64,000 nt of DNA from an uncultured Bacillales bacterium. Lineage in GTDB: Bacteria; Bacillota_I; Bacilli_A; RF39; UBA660. Of the stretch, positions 21,050 through 31,748 are shown piece by piece. The stretch's first letter is position 1; the number at the start of each line of letters is the position of its first letter. The DNA is taken from NCBI GenBank assembly GCA_946536225.1, contig CAMNEE010000003.1, positions 25,533 to 89,532 of the forward strand. The letters are read 5' to 3'. Both the position numbers and the translations under genes were made by a program. Under the pieces are notes generated by a model, which worked only from the letters and a program-made list of their open reading frames with translations, was not told the origin of the DNA and did no database searches.

Positions 21050-22642
21050 TTGGGTGATATTATGAAAATAAAAAACGACCATTTATATAGACAAATGGGT
21101 ATCGTATATTTCGATAATAAGAAATTCATGATGTTTAGAGATGCACATAGTAAGCTAGCATTTCTAGAAATGGATGAAAACAATAAGCTTCATTATCCAG
21201 AATTAAGAGATGTTATTGCTTTAGCAAATATCATGGCAGCTAAACCAAAAGGACTACAAGCAATAATCTTCGATAATAAAAATAGAAAAATTAAAAAATT
21301 CCATTTTATACCAAAAGTAAAAGTCGCAGGAATAGTAACTTTATTAACTGCCTCTATGCTTGTTGGATGTGGAAGGAAGATGCAGGAGGCACCAACTACT
21401 AGCGAACCAAGCGCTATGGAACAAGCATATCAAATGGCTATGCAAGGAGAATCTCCAAGTTTTTCATTTGATGAAGATGTTGATGTAAAACTTAACGAAG
21501 ATGGATCATTAGCTATTGAAGAAAGTGAAGAAGCAAATAATTTCACACCAGAAGATTCATATAACTGGGGACAAACTGAAGATGAAATTGCTGATAAATA
21601 TCTTCAAATGTTATCACCTGCAGATGATGAGTATGACTATAGATACGCAAACGATAACGTTGAGTCCGAAACTCTTAATTATATATATGCACGTGATTCT
21701 AAAGGATATGAAAGAATATTCCATGAAGGAAAACCTACACTTCAAACACTTTATAATACAATTGATGGAAACGCTAAGCTTTCTGCTGATCATAAAGCAT
21801 TCTTAAAAGATTATTGTAAAGAATGGTTAGAACGTTGGCCTGAATCTGATCTTTCAGTATTTAATTATAATTTAAAAACACTTGAAATAAGAGAATTAAG
21901 CACTCAAGAAATTCAAATGCAAACAATGTCTTCAGGAACTGTTGCATGTTACTTAAATCAAGAAAATATAATTTGTTTAAATAAAGACGCAAATTATAAA
22001 GATAAAACATCTAACGACTATGTAGTATTTATGCATGAACTTACTCATGCAACTAGAACTCTAAAAAATAAAGATGTATATGGAAAAGATATTTCAATAA
22101 GATTCTATGAAGACTTATCAATGGGTCTATATGAAGATGAAGCTCTAGATACTTACTTCTGTTATCAAATACAAGGTTTAAACAATAGAGCAATATATTA
22201 CACATATCAATCAAGTATCTTTAGACAATTCATGCCTTATCTAGATTATGATGGAGCAGATTACATGAATCATTCAGTAAATTACTTTATTGAAAAACTT
22301 CAAGAATACTTTGATAAAGTAGGAATTGAAACTCCAGCATATCATTTTATAAACTTACTTGATTCTCAAGCAAAACTTCACTATGACTCTCTTGCATCTC
22401 CTGATTATACAAACTTCAGTGAGTTATACGATGTATTATGCCAATTATATATAATTAATCATGTAACAGCAGATATGACTTATGAACAAACAGAAGCAGA
22501 ATTTGAAAAGTTCTATGAAGATATGACATTCAACTTTGAAAATCTACAAGACCCATATCCAAATATTACAAGAGACTCATACAAAGTTCATTGGGATCAA
22601 AGAATAAGTGAATTAGGTATTGAAAACGTTAAAACAAGATAA
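21050..22642 (+). CDS. Lipoprotein, unknown function
   Basis: Lipobox 'LVGCG' after a hydrophobic leader. Divergent from essC. Confidence 0.45.
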   Translation: MGDIMKIKNDHLYRQMGIVYFDNKKFMMFRDAHSKLAFLEMDENNKLHYPELRDVIALANIMAAKPKGLQAIIFDNKNRKIKKFHFIPKVKVAGIVTLLTASMLVGCGRKMQEAPTTSEPSAMEQAYQMAMQGESPSFSFDEDVDVKLNEDGSLAIEESEEANNFTPEDSYNWGQTEDEIADKYLQMLSPADDEYDYRYANDNVESETLNYIYARDSKGYERIFHEGKPTLQTLYNTIDGNAKLSADHKAFLKDYCKEWLERWPESDLSVFNYNLKTLEIRELSTQEIQMQTMSSGTVACYLNQENIICLNKDANYKDKTSNDYVVFMHELTHATRTLKNKDVYGKDISIRFYEDLSMGLYEDEALDTYFCYQIQGLNNRAIYYTYQSSIFRQFMPYLDYDGADYMNHSVNYFIEKLQEYFDKVGIETPAYHFINLLDSQAKLHYDSLASPDYTNFSELYDVLCQLYIINHVTADMTYEQTEAEFEKFYEDMTFNFENLQDPYPNITRDSYKVHWDQRISELGIENVKTR

Positions 22643-22661
22643 ATAGAAAGGTTATGATTAT

Positions 22662-23675
22662 ATGTTCTTACTTGAAGAAGATAAAACTATTTGGAATTTT
22701 CTAGTAAGTAAGTATTTTGAATTTGAAACTGTATTTAATGTTCTTTTTAAAATACTTATAGTTTATACAATTATTTATACAATTGTCTTCTTCATAAGCA
22801 TGTATAAATTTGCAAAGAAAGAACACCAACCTGTATATAAATATGTAATACCTTTTCTTAATTGGTGGTACTATTTTAAACTATGCAATATACCTCGTTG
22901 GATAGTATTAATTCCTGTTTTAAATATAATAGCTCAACTAGTATCTCCTGCTAAACTTGCATATGAATATAAATATTCAATGTCATTTGGTGTATTCGGT
23001 ATATTTATACCAATATATGCCATACCAGTAATAGCTTTTAGTAAAAACAAAAGTAGACGTAGACTAGAAAAATCAAAATCACTTCAAACAGTAAAATCTA
23101 TTAAGTTAATAGAAGAAAAACTAGAAAATGAAAAAGAAGAAGATTACGATAACTTTAATCTAAGAGCATTCACTAAAAGAAAAGAAAAAGAAGACAAAAA
23201 CAGAATAGAAGAAAAAATCAAAAAAATAGAAGAAGATGCTATTAAAGACGATTATGATGATATTCTATATGGCGATGACCTAAATGAAAAAAGCAAAGCC
23301 AAAATGGAAGTCAAAGAAATGATTCAAGAACAAGATATTGAAGAACTTGAAGCAACTGAAGAAAAGATGGAAGACGAAATCGTAGAATTAGACGATAAAG
23401 AAGAAGACTTAAAAGTTGCAATCAAGAAAAAAGAAGAAGATATCGAAAATAAAAGTACACTTGCAATTGAAGATAATGCTAATTATCAAGATTATGAATT
23501 TTTACGTAAAGATAACACAACTATTGCTTTTGGTGGTAAAAACGAAGTTAAGAAAAAAGCAAGAAACGTTACAGAAGAAAAAGCAGGTAGAAATAGATGT
23601 CCTAGATGTAATACTCCAATTGATAATACCATGGATATATGTCCAGGATGTGGAATGAATTTAAGAAAAAAATAA
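22662..23675 (+). CDS. Membrane protein with KE-rich coiled coil and C-terminal zinc ribbon
   Basis: Three or four N-terminal TM segments. 'CPRCNTPIDNTMDICPGCG' CxxC...CxxC at the C-terminus. Confidence 0.45.
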   Translation: MFLLEEDKTIWNFLVSKYFEFETVFNVLFKILIVYTIIYTIVFFISMYKFAKKEHQPVYKYVIPFLNWWYYFKLCNIPRWIVLIPVLNIIAQLVSPAKLAYEYKYSMSFGVFGIFIPIYAIPVIAFSKNKSRRRLEKSKSLQTVKSIKLIEEKLENEKEEDYDNFNLRAFTKRKEKEDKNRIEEKIKKIEEDAIKDDYDDILYGDDLNEKSKAKMEVKEMIQEQDIEELEATEEKMEDEIVELDDKEEDLKVAIKKKEEDIENKSTLAIEDNANYQDYEFLRKDNTTIAFGGKNEVKKKARNVTEEKAGRNRCPRCNTPIDNTMDICPGCGMNLRKK

Positions 23676-23697
23676 CACTAAAAAGTGTTATTTTTAT
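23674..23697. terminator. Bidirectional rho-independent terminator
   Basis: Hairpin aataacact-aaa-aagtgttatt plus a T-run, between convergent genes. Confidence 0.45.
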
Positions 23698-23714
23698 TTG
23701 TTAAAAAATATATA

Positions 23715-24173
23715 TTATTTAGACATAGGTTGTTTAGGAATAAGATTATCCATGCTATTTTGATTCATAATAGTTTTAACTTGTTCATATAATTCCATAT
23801 CTAATAAAGGAAGTCTTTTAGCCAAGTCTCTTACAACTGTCCAATAATCAACAGACATTACCTCAGATATATTAGCAATCGTGTATCCTTCTATAACTAG
23901 TTTAGCTTCATTAATAATTCTATTCCTTATTTCTTGATTCTCAACAGTTAAAGGTTTTCTAGAATCAATTACTTGTTGAACTAAATCAGATTTCTCAGGA
24001 TGTCTCTTTTTGTAACGTTGAATATAGTCTTGTACAGTTACATAAGACATAAACATACCTTGATTTGAAAAATACTTAGCAGTTGATCTAACAGAAGCAT
24101 CAGGATTCATTGTATAATACTCTCCTACTAAATTAATTCTTTCTTCTCTTTCTTCATCAGTTAATCTTGTCAT
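23715..24173 (-). CDS. Hypothetical small protein (possible HTH regulator)
   Basis: 152 aa, no clear motif. Confidence 0.3.
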   Translation of the reverse strand: MTRLTDEEREERINLVGEYYTMNPDASVRSTAKYFSNQGMFMSYVTVQDYIQRYKKRHPEKSDLVQQVIDSRKPLTVENQEIRNRIINEAKLVIEGYTIANISEVMSVDYWTVVRDLAKRLPLLDMELYEQVKTIMNQNSMDNLIPKQPMSK

Positions 24174-24299
24174 TTTTTCTAGCTCCTTTTTTTCTTAAAA
24201 GTCTTCCCCAAATGGTAACTCCTTGGCTGGTATTATAGCATAAAAAAGTATAATCGTTTAACAATTACACTTTTCTAATTATATTTACAAGATATTTTT

Positions 24300-25058
24300 T
24301 TATCTTCTAACAGCATGATGTTCTTCTTTCATATTAAATGAAGCACTATCAGCTGCCTTCTTTTGTTCTTTAAACCATTCCATGAATGCATCTCTGTCTT
24401 CAAGTAAATCATTATTTAATCCACTTAAATCCAACTCTGAATAACCATATGAAAGAGTATAATCATGTGGTCTTTCAATACTAACTTCTTCACCATCAAC
24501 AATTCTTCTATGAGAATCAAGAGCATTATGAATAGTATTAGTAATTGAAGTAGACATATTTTTTAATCTATCTTCTAGAATTGAAGGAGGACAGTTTTTT
24601 GCAATAATAACAAACTCATCTCCACCTTCTCTAACAACTAAGTCATATCTTCTAAATGCTGATTCAAGTCCTCTTGCAACAATTATAAGTGCATCGTCAC
24701 CTACATCATGACCATATGTGTCATTTATAGATTTAAAATGATCTAAATCTATAGCAATTACATAATATGTGTCAGCTTCTTCTTTTGTAGGATCATTTAA
24801 AGATTTAAACTCTTCTTTAAAATATGATTGTTCAGCTTTTCTATTATAAAGACCTGTCAAGGCATCACGTTTAGATGATTCATCTAGTTCTTTCATTTTC
24901 TCTTTTAAATCATCTAAAGTTTTATTCTTTTCTTCAATAAGTCCTAATAATTCTGATATCAATTGAAAAGATTCATCAGACTTATCCATATATTCTATTC
25001 TCTTTTTAACTTTTTCAAGAAAAAGAATTTCAGTATTCTTGTCCATACACAACACCAC
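24300..25058 (-). CDS. GGDEF-domain diguanylate cyclase with N-terminal coiled coil
   Basis: 'RDALTGLYNRKA' and 'REGGDEFVII' signatures. Confidence 0.7.
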   Translation of the reverse strand: MVLCMDKNTEILFLEKVKKRIEYMDKSDESFQLISELLGLIEEKNKTLDDLKEKMKELDESSKRDALTGLYNRKAEQSYFKEEFKSLNDPTKEEADTYYVIAIDLDHFKSINDTYGHDVGDDALIIVARGLESAFRRYDLVVREGGDEFVIIAKNCPPSILEDRLKNMSTSITNTIHNALDSHRRIVDGEEVSIERPHDYTLSYGYSELDLSGLNNDLLEDRDAFMEWFKEQKKAADSASFNMKEEHHAVRR

Positions 25059-25165
25059 CTGAAATTAGTATATCATAAATATTATTTAGTAAATAAATTT
25101 TTTTATAATTAGTGTATTTTATCGTAAAACAACATAAATGTTATATAAAATAATAAAAAACTAGA

Positions 25166-27112
25166 CTAATGTCTAGTTCTTTTTCTTTCTTTAACAAGTG
25201 TTATACCACCATATGGGTTTATTTTCTTCTCATTAGAATCATTCAAAGAATAAACTCTATCATAAGAATCAAAATTTGAAGGTAAAATTATTCTTGATTC
25301 TTCACCTGTTCTATTAACGGCAACTAATGCTGAAGCATTGTCCCCATTTCTTTCAAACATAATATGATTATCAGTAATTTCTAACATTTTAAGATCTGCT
25401 TCTCTTAAGAATTGTTCTCTTTTTCTAGCATTTCCTAACTTTCTAAAGAATGCGAGTAATTCTTTATCAGCCTTAGTTAAATCAAAAGGAGATCTATTAA
25501 TGATATTACCATATCCTGTCATACCTATTTCATCTCCATAGAAAATAGAAAGTATTCCAGGCATAAAGTTTAAACAAAAAGCATATGCTTCAAATAATTC
25601 TTTTCCTTGTTTATACTCCTCAGGAGTCATCTTGTAATTATTATATACATACGAAGGTAATTGTTCTCCTTCTCTACAAGGATCCCAGATATATTGTCTA
25701 TCATATACAAATCTATCACTACCAAATATATTAATAGGTCTTGAGATATCATGTGTAGAAGTAAAATTCATAAGTGCATTTCTCATCTCAGGTGGATATT
25801 CATTTAATATATTTTGAATTACTCCTCTTGCTTTATAAGTATCAGCAAACTTAAAATATCTCATTAATGCATCACATAAAGGATAATCCATTTGAGAATC
25901 CATTCCTTTACCTGAAGACATATAAGCCCTAGGTTCAGTCATAGCATATTTCCATACTTCACCAATAATAAAGCCATCTTCTTTATTTCTGTGAACGGCA
26001 TTTCTAATACTTTCAATGAATGAATCAGTTAATTCATCAGCTACATCTAATCTTAAACCATCAATACCAAGATTAAACCATTGATCAATTATTCCACCTT
26101 CACCATATATATATTGTTGCCAATTATATGAGTTACCATTACATCTAGGTAAGTGATCAAATCCATACCATCCTTCATAATAACCATCTTTGTTTTTAGA
26201 GTAAAATGACCCATAATAACCATTAGGATCCTGAATAGCACCAATAGAATCAAAATTACCTTGTCTATTAAAATATTTAGAATTATCTCCAGTATGATTA
26301 AATACTGCATCAAGTACAATTCTAATTCCTTTTTTATGTGCCTCGTCACATAGTCTTTTAAGGTCTTCCTTTGTACCTACATAAGGATCTATTTCTTCAT
26401 AGTCAGATGTAGCATATCTATCTACACTTTGAGCATATACTATAGGAGATAAATATAGAATATCAACACCTAAAGACACGAAATAATCCAAGTAATTAAT
26501 TATTCCTTGTAAATCTCCACCATAATAATCATTATTCCAAGGTTCATCAAAATTAGGAACTCTTACCTTTTCATCCCATTTCTTTTGAACTCTTCCTTCC
26601 ATCTCGGGCATTTTTTCTTTTTGACCTCTACTAAATCTATCAACAAAAATATGATACATAGTAGCACCTTTAGCCCAATCAGGACATTTATAATTAACAG
26701 ATATTTTATCTCTCTTAGAGTAATCGTTATAATCTGTTATTTTCTTATCAGAATCCATATATAATCTTTTACTATTTGCAGTAAAAGTAAAGTTATATTT
26801 ATATAAAGCAGATGTCGATAAAAAGACATTTGCTTCGAATATACAAAATCCATTTCTATTTTCTTTAAAGCCAATTTTGAATGATTTTTGACCATAGTTA
26901 GACAAGGTATCCATGTAGACATCATCTATCCAGCCTACACTCATAGGAATCTTAACAGTAACTTTATATAAGCTTCCTAAGTCATTTGTTTCTAATAAAT
27001 CAATTAAATATCCTTGTTGTTCTCTGTGTTCAGTCTTATTAATTGTGTGATTATTATTTCTTGAACGAATAGAACAATCTGGTTTACCATCCAAATCTCG
27101 CATATCTATCAT
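25166..27112 (-). CDS. Glycoside hydrolase family 13 (neopullulanase/cyclomaltodextrinase-like alpha-amylase)
   Basis: GH13 regions 'DAVFNHTG', 'GLRLDVADE', 'IGEVW', 'FTSTHD'. Confidence 0.7.
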   Translation of the reverse strand: MIDMRDLDGKPDCSIRSRNNNHTINKTEHREQQGYLIDLLETNDLGSLYKVTVKIPMSVGWIDDVYMDTLSNYGQKSFKIGFKENRNGFCIFEANVFLSTSALYKYNFTFTANSKRLYMDSDKKITDYNDYSKRDKISVNYKCPDWAKGATMYHIFVDRFSRGQKEKMPEMEGRVQKKWDEKVRVPNFDEPWNNDYYGGDLQGIINYLDYFVSLGVDILYLSPIVYAQSVDRYATSDYEEIDPYVGTKEDLKRLCDEAHKKGIRIVLDAVFNHTGDNSKYFNRQGNFDSIGAIQDPNGYYGSFYSKNKDGYYEGWYGFDHLPRCNGNSYNWQQYIYGEGGIIDQWFNLGIDGLRLDVADELTDSFIESIRNAVHRNKEDGFIIGEVWKYAMTEPRAYMSSGKGMDSQMDYPLCDALMRYFKFADTYKARGVIQNILNEYPPEMRNALMNFTSTHDISRPINIFGSDRFVYDRQYIWDPCREGEQLPSYVYNNYKMTPEEYKQGKELFEAYAFCLNFMPGILSIFYGDEIGMTGYGNIINRSPFDLTKADKELLAFFRKLGNARKREQFLREADLKMLEITDNHIMFERNGDNASALVAVNRTGEESRIILPSNFDSYDRVYSLNDSNEKKINPYGGITLVKERKRTRH

Positions 27113-27163
27113 CCATTCTTTATAAAAATATTATATCAAACATTATACCTTTTTTGTTAAAAA

Positions 27164-27889
27164 TTATATCTTATTCTCTATTAAATCATCTATAACACTT
27201 ACTAACTCATTAGTATTAGTATTTGCTATATCATGCCCTCCATCAAGTAATATGATTTTAAATTTATTATCAAATTCATTAATAACTACATTAGGATTAA
27301 CCATATCATCATTTGCTCCATATATAATAGATAATCTACTAGGCATGATATCTTTTACTTCTTCAATTAAGTTTTCTCTTACAATATTTTGATAACTATT
27401 ATTTAAAAATTCATCACCATCTATCATATATTCATTTTTAACTATATTAATTAAATACCAATCTCTAAGTTTTTTTCTAACTCCATTTAAATACTTAGGT
27501 GTTTTAATGAAATTAATACTTTTCTCGGCATTTCTGAGTATTGCAGGACTTATTAATATTAATTTTTGTTTATTATCAAACATTCTATTGTATCTAATAG
27601 CAACTGCTCCACCAAAAGAGTAACCTACTATATAATCAACCTTTAAATTATGAGTAAATAAATAGTCATATACGAATGATGCATAGTCATTTAAAGTCCA
27701 TTCCTTTTCTTTTGGTTCTTCTTCACCACAAAAACCAGGAAAGTTTAACTTATAAACTTCATACTTTTTAGATAACTTATCTACAAACTTACGTCTATTA
27801 TGCCAAGCATCCTTACTTTTAGTTTTACTAGTATAATTATCATTATTCCAACCATGTAATAAAAGTATTTTCTTCATAACAACCACCAA
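27164..27889 (-). CDS. Alpha/beta hydrolase
   Basis: 'LLLHGW' oxyanion region and 'GYSFGG' nucleophile elbow. Confidence 0.5.
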   Translation of the reverse strand: MVVVMKKILLLHGWNNDNYTSKTKSKDAWHNRRKFVDKLSKKYEVYKLNFPGFCGEEEPKEKEWTLNDYASFVYDYLFTHNLKVDYIVGYSFGGAVAIRYNRMFDNKQKLILISPAILRNAEKSINFIKTPKYLNGVRKKLRDWYLINIVKNEYMIDGDEFLNNSYQNIVRENLIEEVKDIMPSRLSIIYGANDDMVNPNVVINEFDNKFKIILLDGGHDIANTNTNELVSVIDDLIENKI

Positions 27890-27901
27890 AAAAGGACAAA
27901 A

Positions 27902-28300
27902 TTAGATTGTCCCTTCCTTTAATAATTTTTTTTCACGCAAAACAAAACCTTTAAAGTCTTCTTCACTTACAATATCAACAAAGTCAAATTTAAAAGCTTC
28001 TACATAGTTATGAGGTATATGAACTATTATTTCTCTTAGTATGTTCTCATTTAAAAGTACATATACTTTATGTGCTTTTTTTGGATCCTTACATTTTAAA
28101 ACTGCATGAAAACAATAAAAACCACCAGAGTATTCCCCGCATGCTTCTAATGTGATACTACTATTTTCATTAAACTTTACCCTATAAGGTAATTCAATCG
28201 TGTCAATTTTTCTTTTAAATAAATGTAACATATTCCTCATCTCACTATAAATATACCACATATAAAACAATATATTTAATATATGCTTTAAATTTAACAA
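27902..28300 (-). CDS. Hypothetical protein
   Basis: ORF only. Confidence 0.3.
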   Translation of the reverse strand: MLNLKHILNILFYMWYIYSEMRNMLHLFKRKIDTIELPYRVKFNENSSITLEACGEYSGGFYCFHAVLKCKDPKKAHKVYVLLNENILREIIVHIPHNYVEAFKFDFVDIVSEEDFKGFVLREKKLLKEGTI

Positions 28301-28349
28301 AAAATATACATTTTTATCATTGAAAACTAATAAATAATAATGATATTAT

Positions 28350-29036
28350 ATGTTGTTAAGAGGGATAAATATGTTTGAGTCAAAAAAAGATAAAATAAAA
28401 GATTATATAATAGCCATTTTACTAGCAGTTATAGCCATCCTTGCAGGGTATATTTTTTCTAAATACTTAATAGATAAAAACATGGCTGATAGAGACAAAA
28501 CAAAGAGTACTACTAAAAAAGCAATTCACAATTATTTTAGTAATCTTGAAGCGGATGGATATGTACTAAATGATTTTTCTACATCATCTAACTTCGACTA
28601 TAATCTAGGTAAAATAAAATTATTTAAAAAAGATTATGAAATCACAATAGAAAATAACTACTATGAATGTAATCCAGAATGTAATTACATGTATAAAGTA
28701 GGTATTAACAATAAAGAAATATATAAGTCATCATTCTTAGCAGGTATTAAAATAGGTGTAATAGGAAACTATGTAGCAATTCAAGAAATATACCACAATG
28801 GTGCTAATAAACTAATACTTTATAGACCTAATGATGCTTATATTATTGAGTCCCTTAATTTCAAAGGTTCACTTAATATATCCTATAATGAAGGCATATA
28901 TGAAATTATTTTATTAGAACAAAATTGTTCTACAATGAAATATCAAAATACGAAAGTAACTTATAATAAAGAAAACGATGAATTTTTAACAGAGTCTACT
29001 CCAACAGATGAAGTTGTTAATGATTCAATATGTTAA
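28350..29036 (+). CDS. Membrane-anchored hypothetical protein
   Basis: N-terminal TM 'IIAILLAVIAILAGYIF'. Confidence 0.35.
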   Translation: MLLRGINMFESKKDKIKDYIIAILLAVIAILAGYIFSKYLIDKNMADRDKTKSTTKKAIHNYFSNLEADGYVLNDFSTSSNFDYNLGKIKLFKKDYEITIENNYYECNPECNYMYKVGINNKEIYKSSFLAGIKIGVIGNYVAIQEIYHNGANKLILYRPNDAYIIESLNFKGSLNISYNEGIYEIILLEQNCSTMKYQNTKVTYNKENDEFLTESTPTDEVVNDSIC

Positions 29037-29068
29037 AAATAAAAATTACTAGCCTCCTAGTAATTTTT

Positions 29069-29539
29069 TTAATCTTTAATACTAAATACAAATAATCTAT
29101 TAGTTAAGTAGTTAAAGAAGAACATAATAATTGATCCTACTATTTTACCAATTAACTTACCCATTCCTACTTTTTCAACAAGTACATAAAGTAAACCTGT
29201 ATCTAAAGGGAATCCTACTATTCTTAATGTAATAAATGATGAGGCTTGAAGTAGAAATTTCTTTTTAGATTTAGTCTTAGCTTTAAATAAATTTCTATCT
29301 AATAAATAAAGAACAGTAAAGGAAACTGTATAAGCAACAGTATTAGCAAGTATGTAATTACCATTGGTAAATACATACGTAAATAATACATATAATATTA
29401 AGAATACTAAAGAAGAAAAGTTAGATATTAAAACATAAAATACAAATTGAAAATCTTTATCTTTAAATTTTTGTTTTAAAGTCTTTTTTCTGCTAAATAA
29501 TTCTCTAAATACCTTTTTATATTTTCTAATTAGAGCCAT
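29069..29539 (-). CDS. GtrA-family membrane protein (polysaccharide synthesis/flippase-associated)
   Basis: Four TM segments. C-terminal 'GKIVGSIIMFFFNYLTNRLFVF' is typical of GtrA. Confidence 0.5.
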   Translation of the reverse strand: MALIRKYKKVFRELFSRKKTLKQKFKDKDFQFVFYVLISNFSSLVFLILYVLFTYVFTNGNYILANTVAYTVSFTVLYLLDRNLFKAKTKSKKKFLLQASSFITLRIVGFPLDTGLLYVLVEKVGMGKLIGKIVGSIIMFFFNYLTNRLFVFSIKD

Positions 29540-29606
29540 TTAATTACACCTCAACAACATTAAAATTTTACAATTAAATTGTATTAATGTCAAAAAAAGA
29601 AGAAGA

Positions 29607-30584
29607 TTAATTCTTCTTAATAGATTTCATATAATAGTTGTCATTATCTTTAAATAAAGTAATTGTTAATGAATATACTATCTTTGTATTATCATACTCT
29701 TCAGTACCTAATTCTTCATCTTTAGTAGGATAAATATCATTACTATAATCTAAAACATCCACAACAATGGTATATAAATCATCATTAAAACTAATCTCTC
29801 TTGTTTTAAATACATATTCTTTATTTACTTGATCATTATATAAACTAGAAAAAATATAGCCATTTTCTATTATTTCTTCATCATTTAATACTTTTGAATC
29901 AAAATCTTCATTAAAGTTAACTATATACTTTTCTTTAAAAAATGTATAGTCTATCAAATAACCTTCATCAGTTTTCTTAACATAATCACTTTTACCAGTT
30001 AATACTAAATAAGTAAACATATATTCAAATTTATCTCTCGAACTAGTAAGAATATCATTAGTATTTTTAAAAGTATTAATTGGAAAAGCAACATCTATAC
30101 TATTCTTTATATTTATTAATACTTTATTTACTTGCGTCTTAGATAAGTCTGATGTTTCTTCTACAACTTTGGTAGTAGTTTCTTCAGACTTTTTGTTTTT
30201 ACATATAGTATATTGTAATTGGTCTCTATCATCAAAGAAAGAACATCTACTAGTACCATTTCCTAAATCCTTACATTCATAAGTAATATTACAAGCATTA
30301 TCTTGATTATAATATTTCTTAATATATGTAGGATATATGATTTCAAAATATAATAAAACTAATGCTGTAATAGTTATAATAAAGAATATTAAAAATACTG
30401 CTTTAGGTAACTTATTCTTTTTCTTTTCAACAGGTTGAGCATTCTTAACTATTTCTAGTCTTTTACTTGTAATCTTTTGAAAAGCATAAGGATTATTTGT
30501 TACAGCATCTGGTTTTTGGACATTTATATTATTGTTTTCTTCGTTCATACTATTCACCTTACAATAATATAATAGCATTTTCAT
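29607..30584 (-). CDS. Membrane-anchored hypothetical protein
   Basis: Single TM after an about 60 aa cytoplasmic N-terminus. Confidence 0.35.
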   Translation of the reverse strand: MKMLLYYCKVNSMNEENNNINVQKPDAVTNNPYAFQKITSKRLEIVKNAQPVEKKKNKLPKAVFLIFFIITITALVLLYFEIIYPTYIKKYYNQDNACNITYECKDLGNGTSRCSFFDDRDQLQYTICKNKKSEETTTKVVEETSDLSKTQVNKVLINIKNSIDVAFPINTFKNTNDILTSSRDKFEYMFTYLVLTGKSDYVKKTDEGYLIDYTFFKEKYIVNFNEDFDSKVLNDEEIIENGYIFSSLYNDQVNKEYVFKTREISFNDDLYTIVVDVLDYSNDIYPTKDEELGTEEYDNTKIVYSLTITLFKDNDNYYMKSIKKN

Positions 30585-30631
30585 CTTTTAGATTAAAGAT
30601 ACCCAAGAAAAAAATAGTATTCTTACGAATA

Positions 30632-31501
30632 CTATCCTGTTATTGCTGTAAATGTTTCTATTTCTCTTTCAAAGACTGTATTATTATCTATAGTTATCTC
30701 GTTTATATGAGCTAAATTACCATCGAAATAAGAAACATAATCAATATTATTATTTACTATATCAACAAATCCTTCGTCACCAAAGGCATTATCTTCATTC
30801 TTTTCTAATCCACGATATACTTTACTAATACCAAGAGTGTTATAAATAAGCTCGTTATTGTCATTAACAATTAATAAATGTAATTCTCCATATTCATTAG
30901 TATTTTTAGGTATAAACCTAATAACAGCATATTCTCTACCTTGTAAATCTTTAAGTATATTTATTTTAACAGTATAAGTATATTCAAAGTTTTTATTATT
31001 AAATTCATTCTTATCATATCTATCAACTTTTTCAACATAGTAGTTATATATAAAACCATTAAAAGTTGGATTATCTTCAACTAACAATTCATCATCTAAA
31101 TAAAGAAAAGCTGTATGATTAACTAAATAACCCTTTTTTTCTTTAATTGCATTATGGCTTATCTTAATCCTTAATGTATGTTGTATTCCATTTAGACTAT
31201 AGTTTTCTATATAAGGATTATTAGAACTATATGTATAATCAGTATAAAGAACAGCTGGTTTGTATGTATGAACTTCATTAAACTGATACATAGAGTAAAT
31301 AATAGCAAACATAGAAAATGTTAAAAATACAATCATGGAAGAAATAAACAATACATAACCTTTATTTTTCTTATGAGACTCACGGTAAATTAAAGAGTTT
31401 ATTGGACTCTCATTAGAGGCTTGGTTATTTGTTTCTTCCGGTTTTTCATTGCCTTTTTCTTTAAAAAATAAATCATATACTATCTTATCAAATAAATTCA
31501 T
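30632..31501 (-). CDS. Membrane-anchored hypothetical protein
   Basis: Single TM; possible paralogous context to the preceding gene. Confidence 0.35.
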   Translation of the reverse strand: MNLFDKIVYDLFFKEKGNEKPEETNNQASNESPINSLIYRESHKKNKGYVLFISSMIVFLTFSMFAIIYSMYQFNEVHTYKPAVLYTDYTYSSNNPYIENYSLNGIQHTLRIKISHNAIKEKKGYLVNHTAFLYLDDELLVEDNPTFNGFIYNYYVEKVDRYDKNEFNNKNFEYTYTVKINILKDLQGREYAVIRFIPKNTNEYGELHLLIVNDNNELIYNTLGISKVYRGLEKNEDNAFGDEGFVDIVNNNIDYVSYFDGNLAHINEITIDNNTVFEREIETFTAITG

Positions 31502-31748
31502 ATGATCACCTATTATTTATAATATAACATTTAGATAAACAAAATAAAAGAGGACTAAAGCCCACTTAATTATTTATCTTTATTCTTTTTATTTCCTAAT
31601 ACAGTTATTATTACTATAGGTAAGAATATTATTCCAATTAAAGTACCAACCACTCTTAAAAAAGACTTCTCACTTTTGCCAATTTTCTTTTCCATATATT
31701 TCTCCTATTTATTATTATATCAAAAAATAGAACATATAAATACATGTT

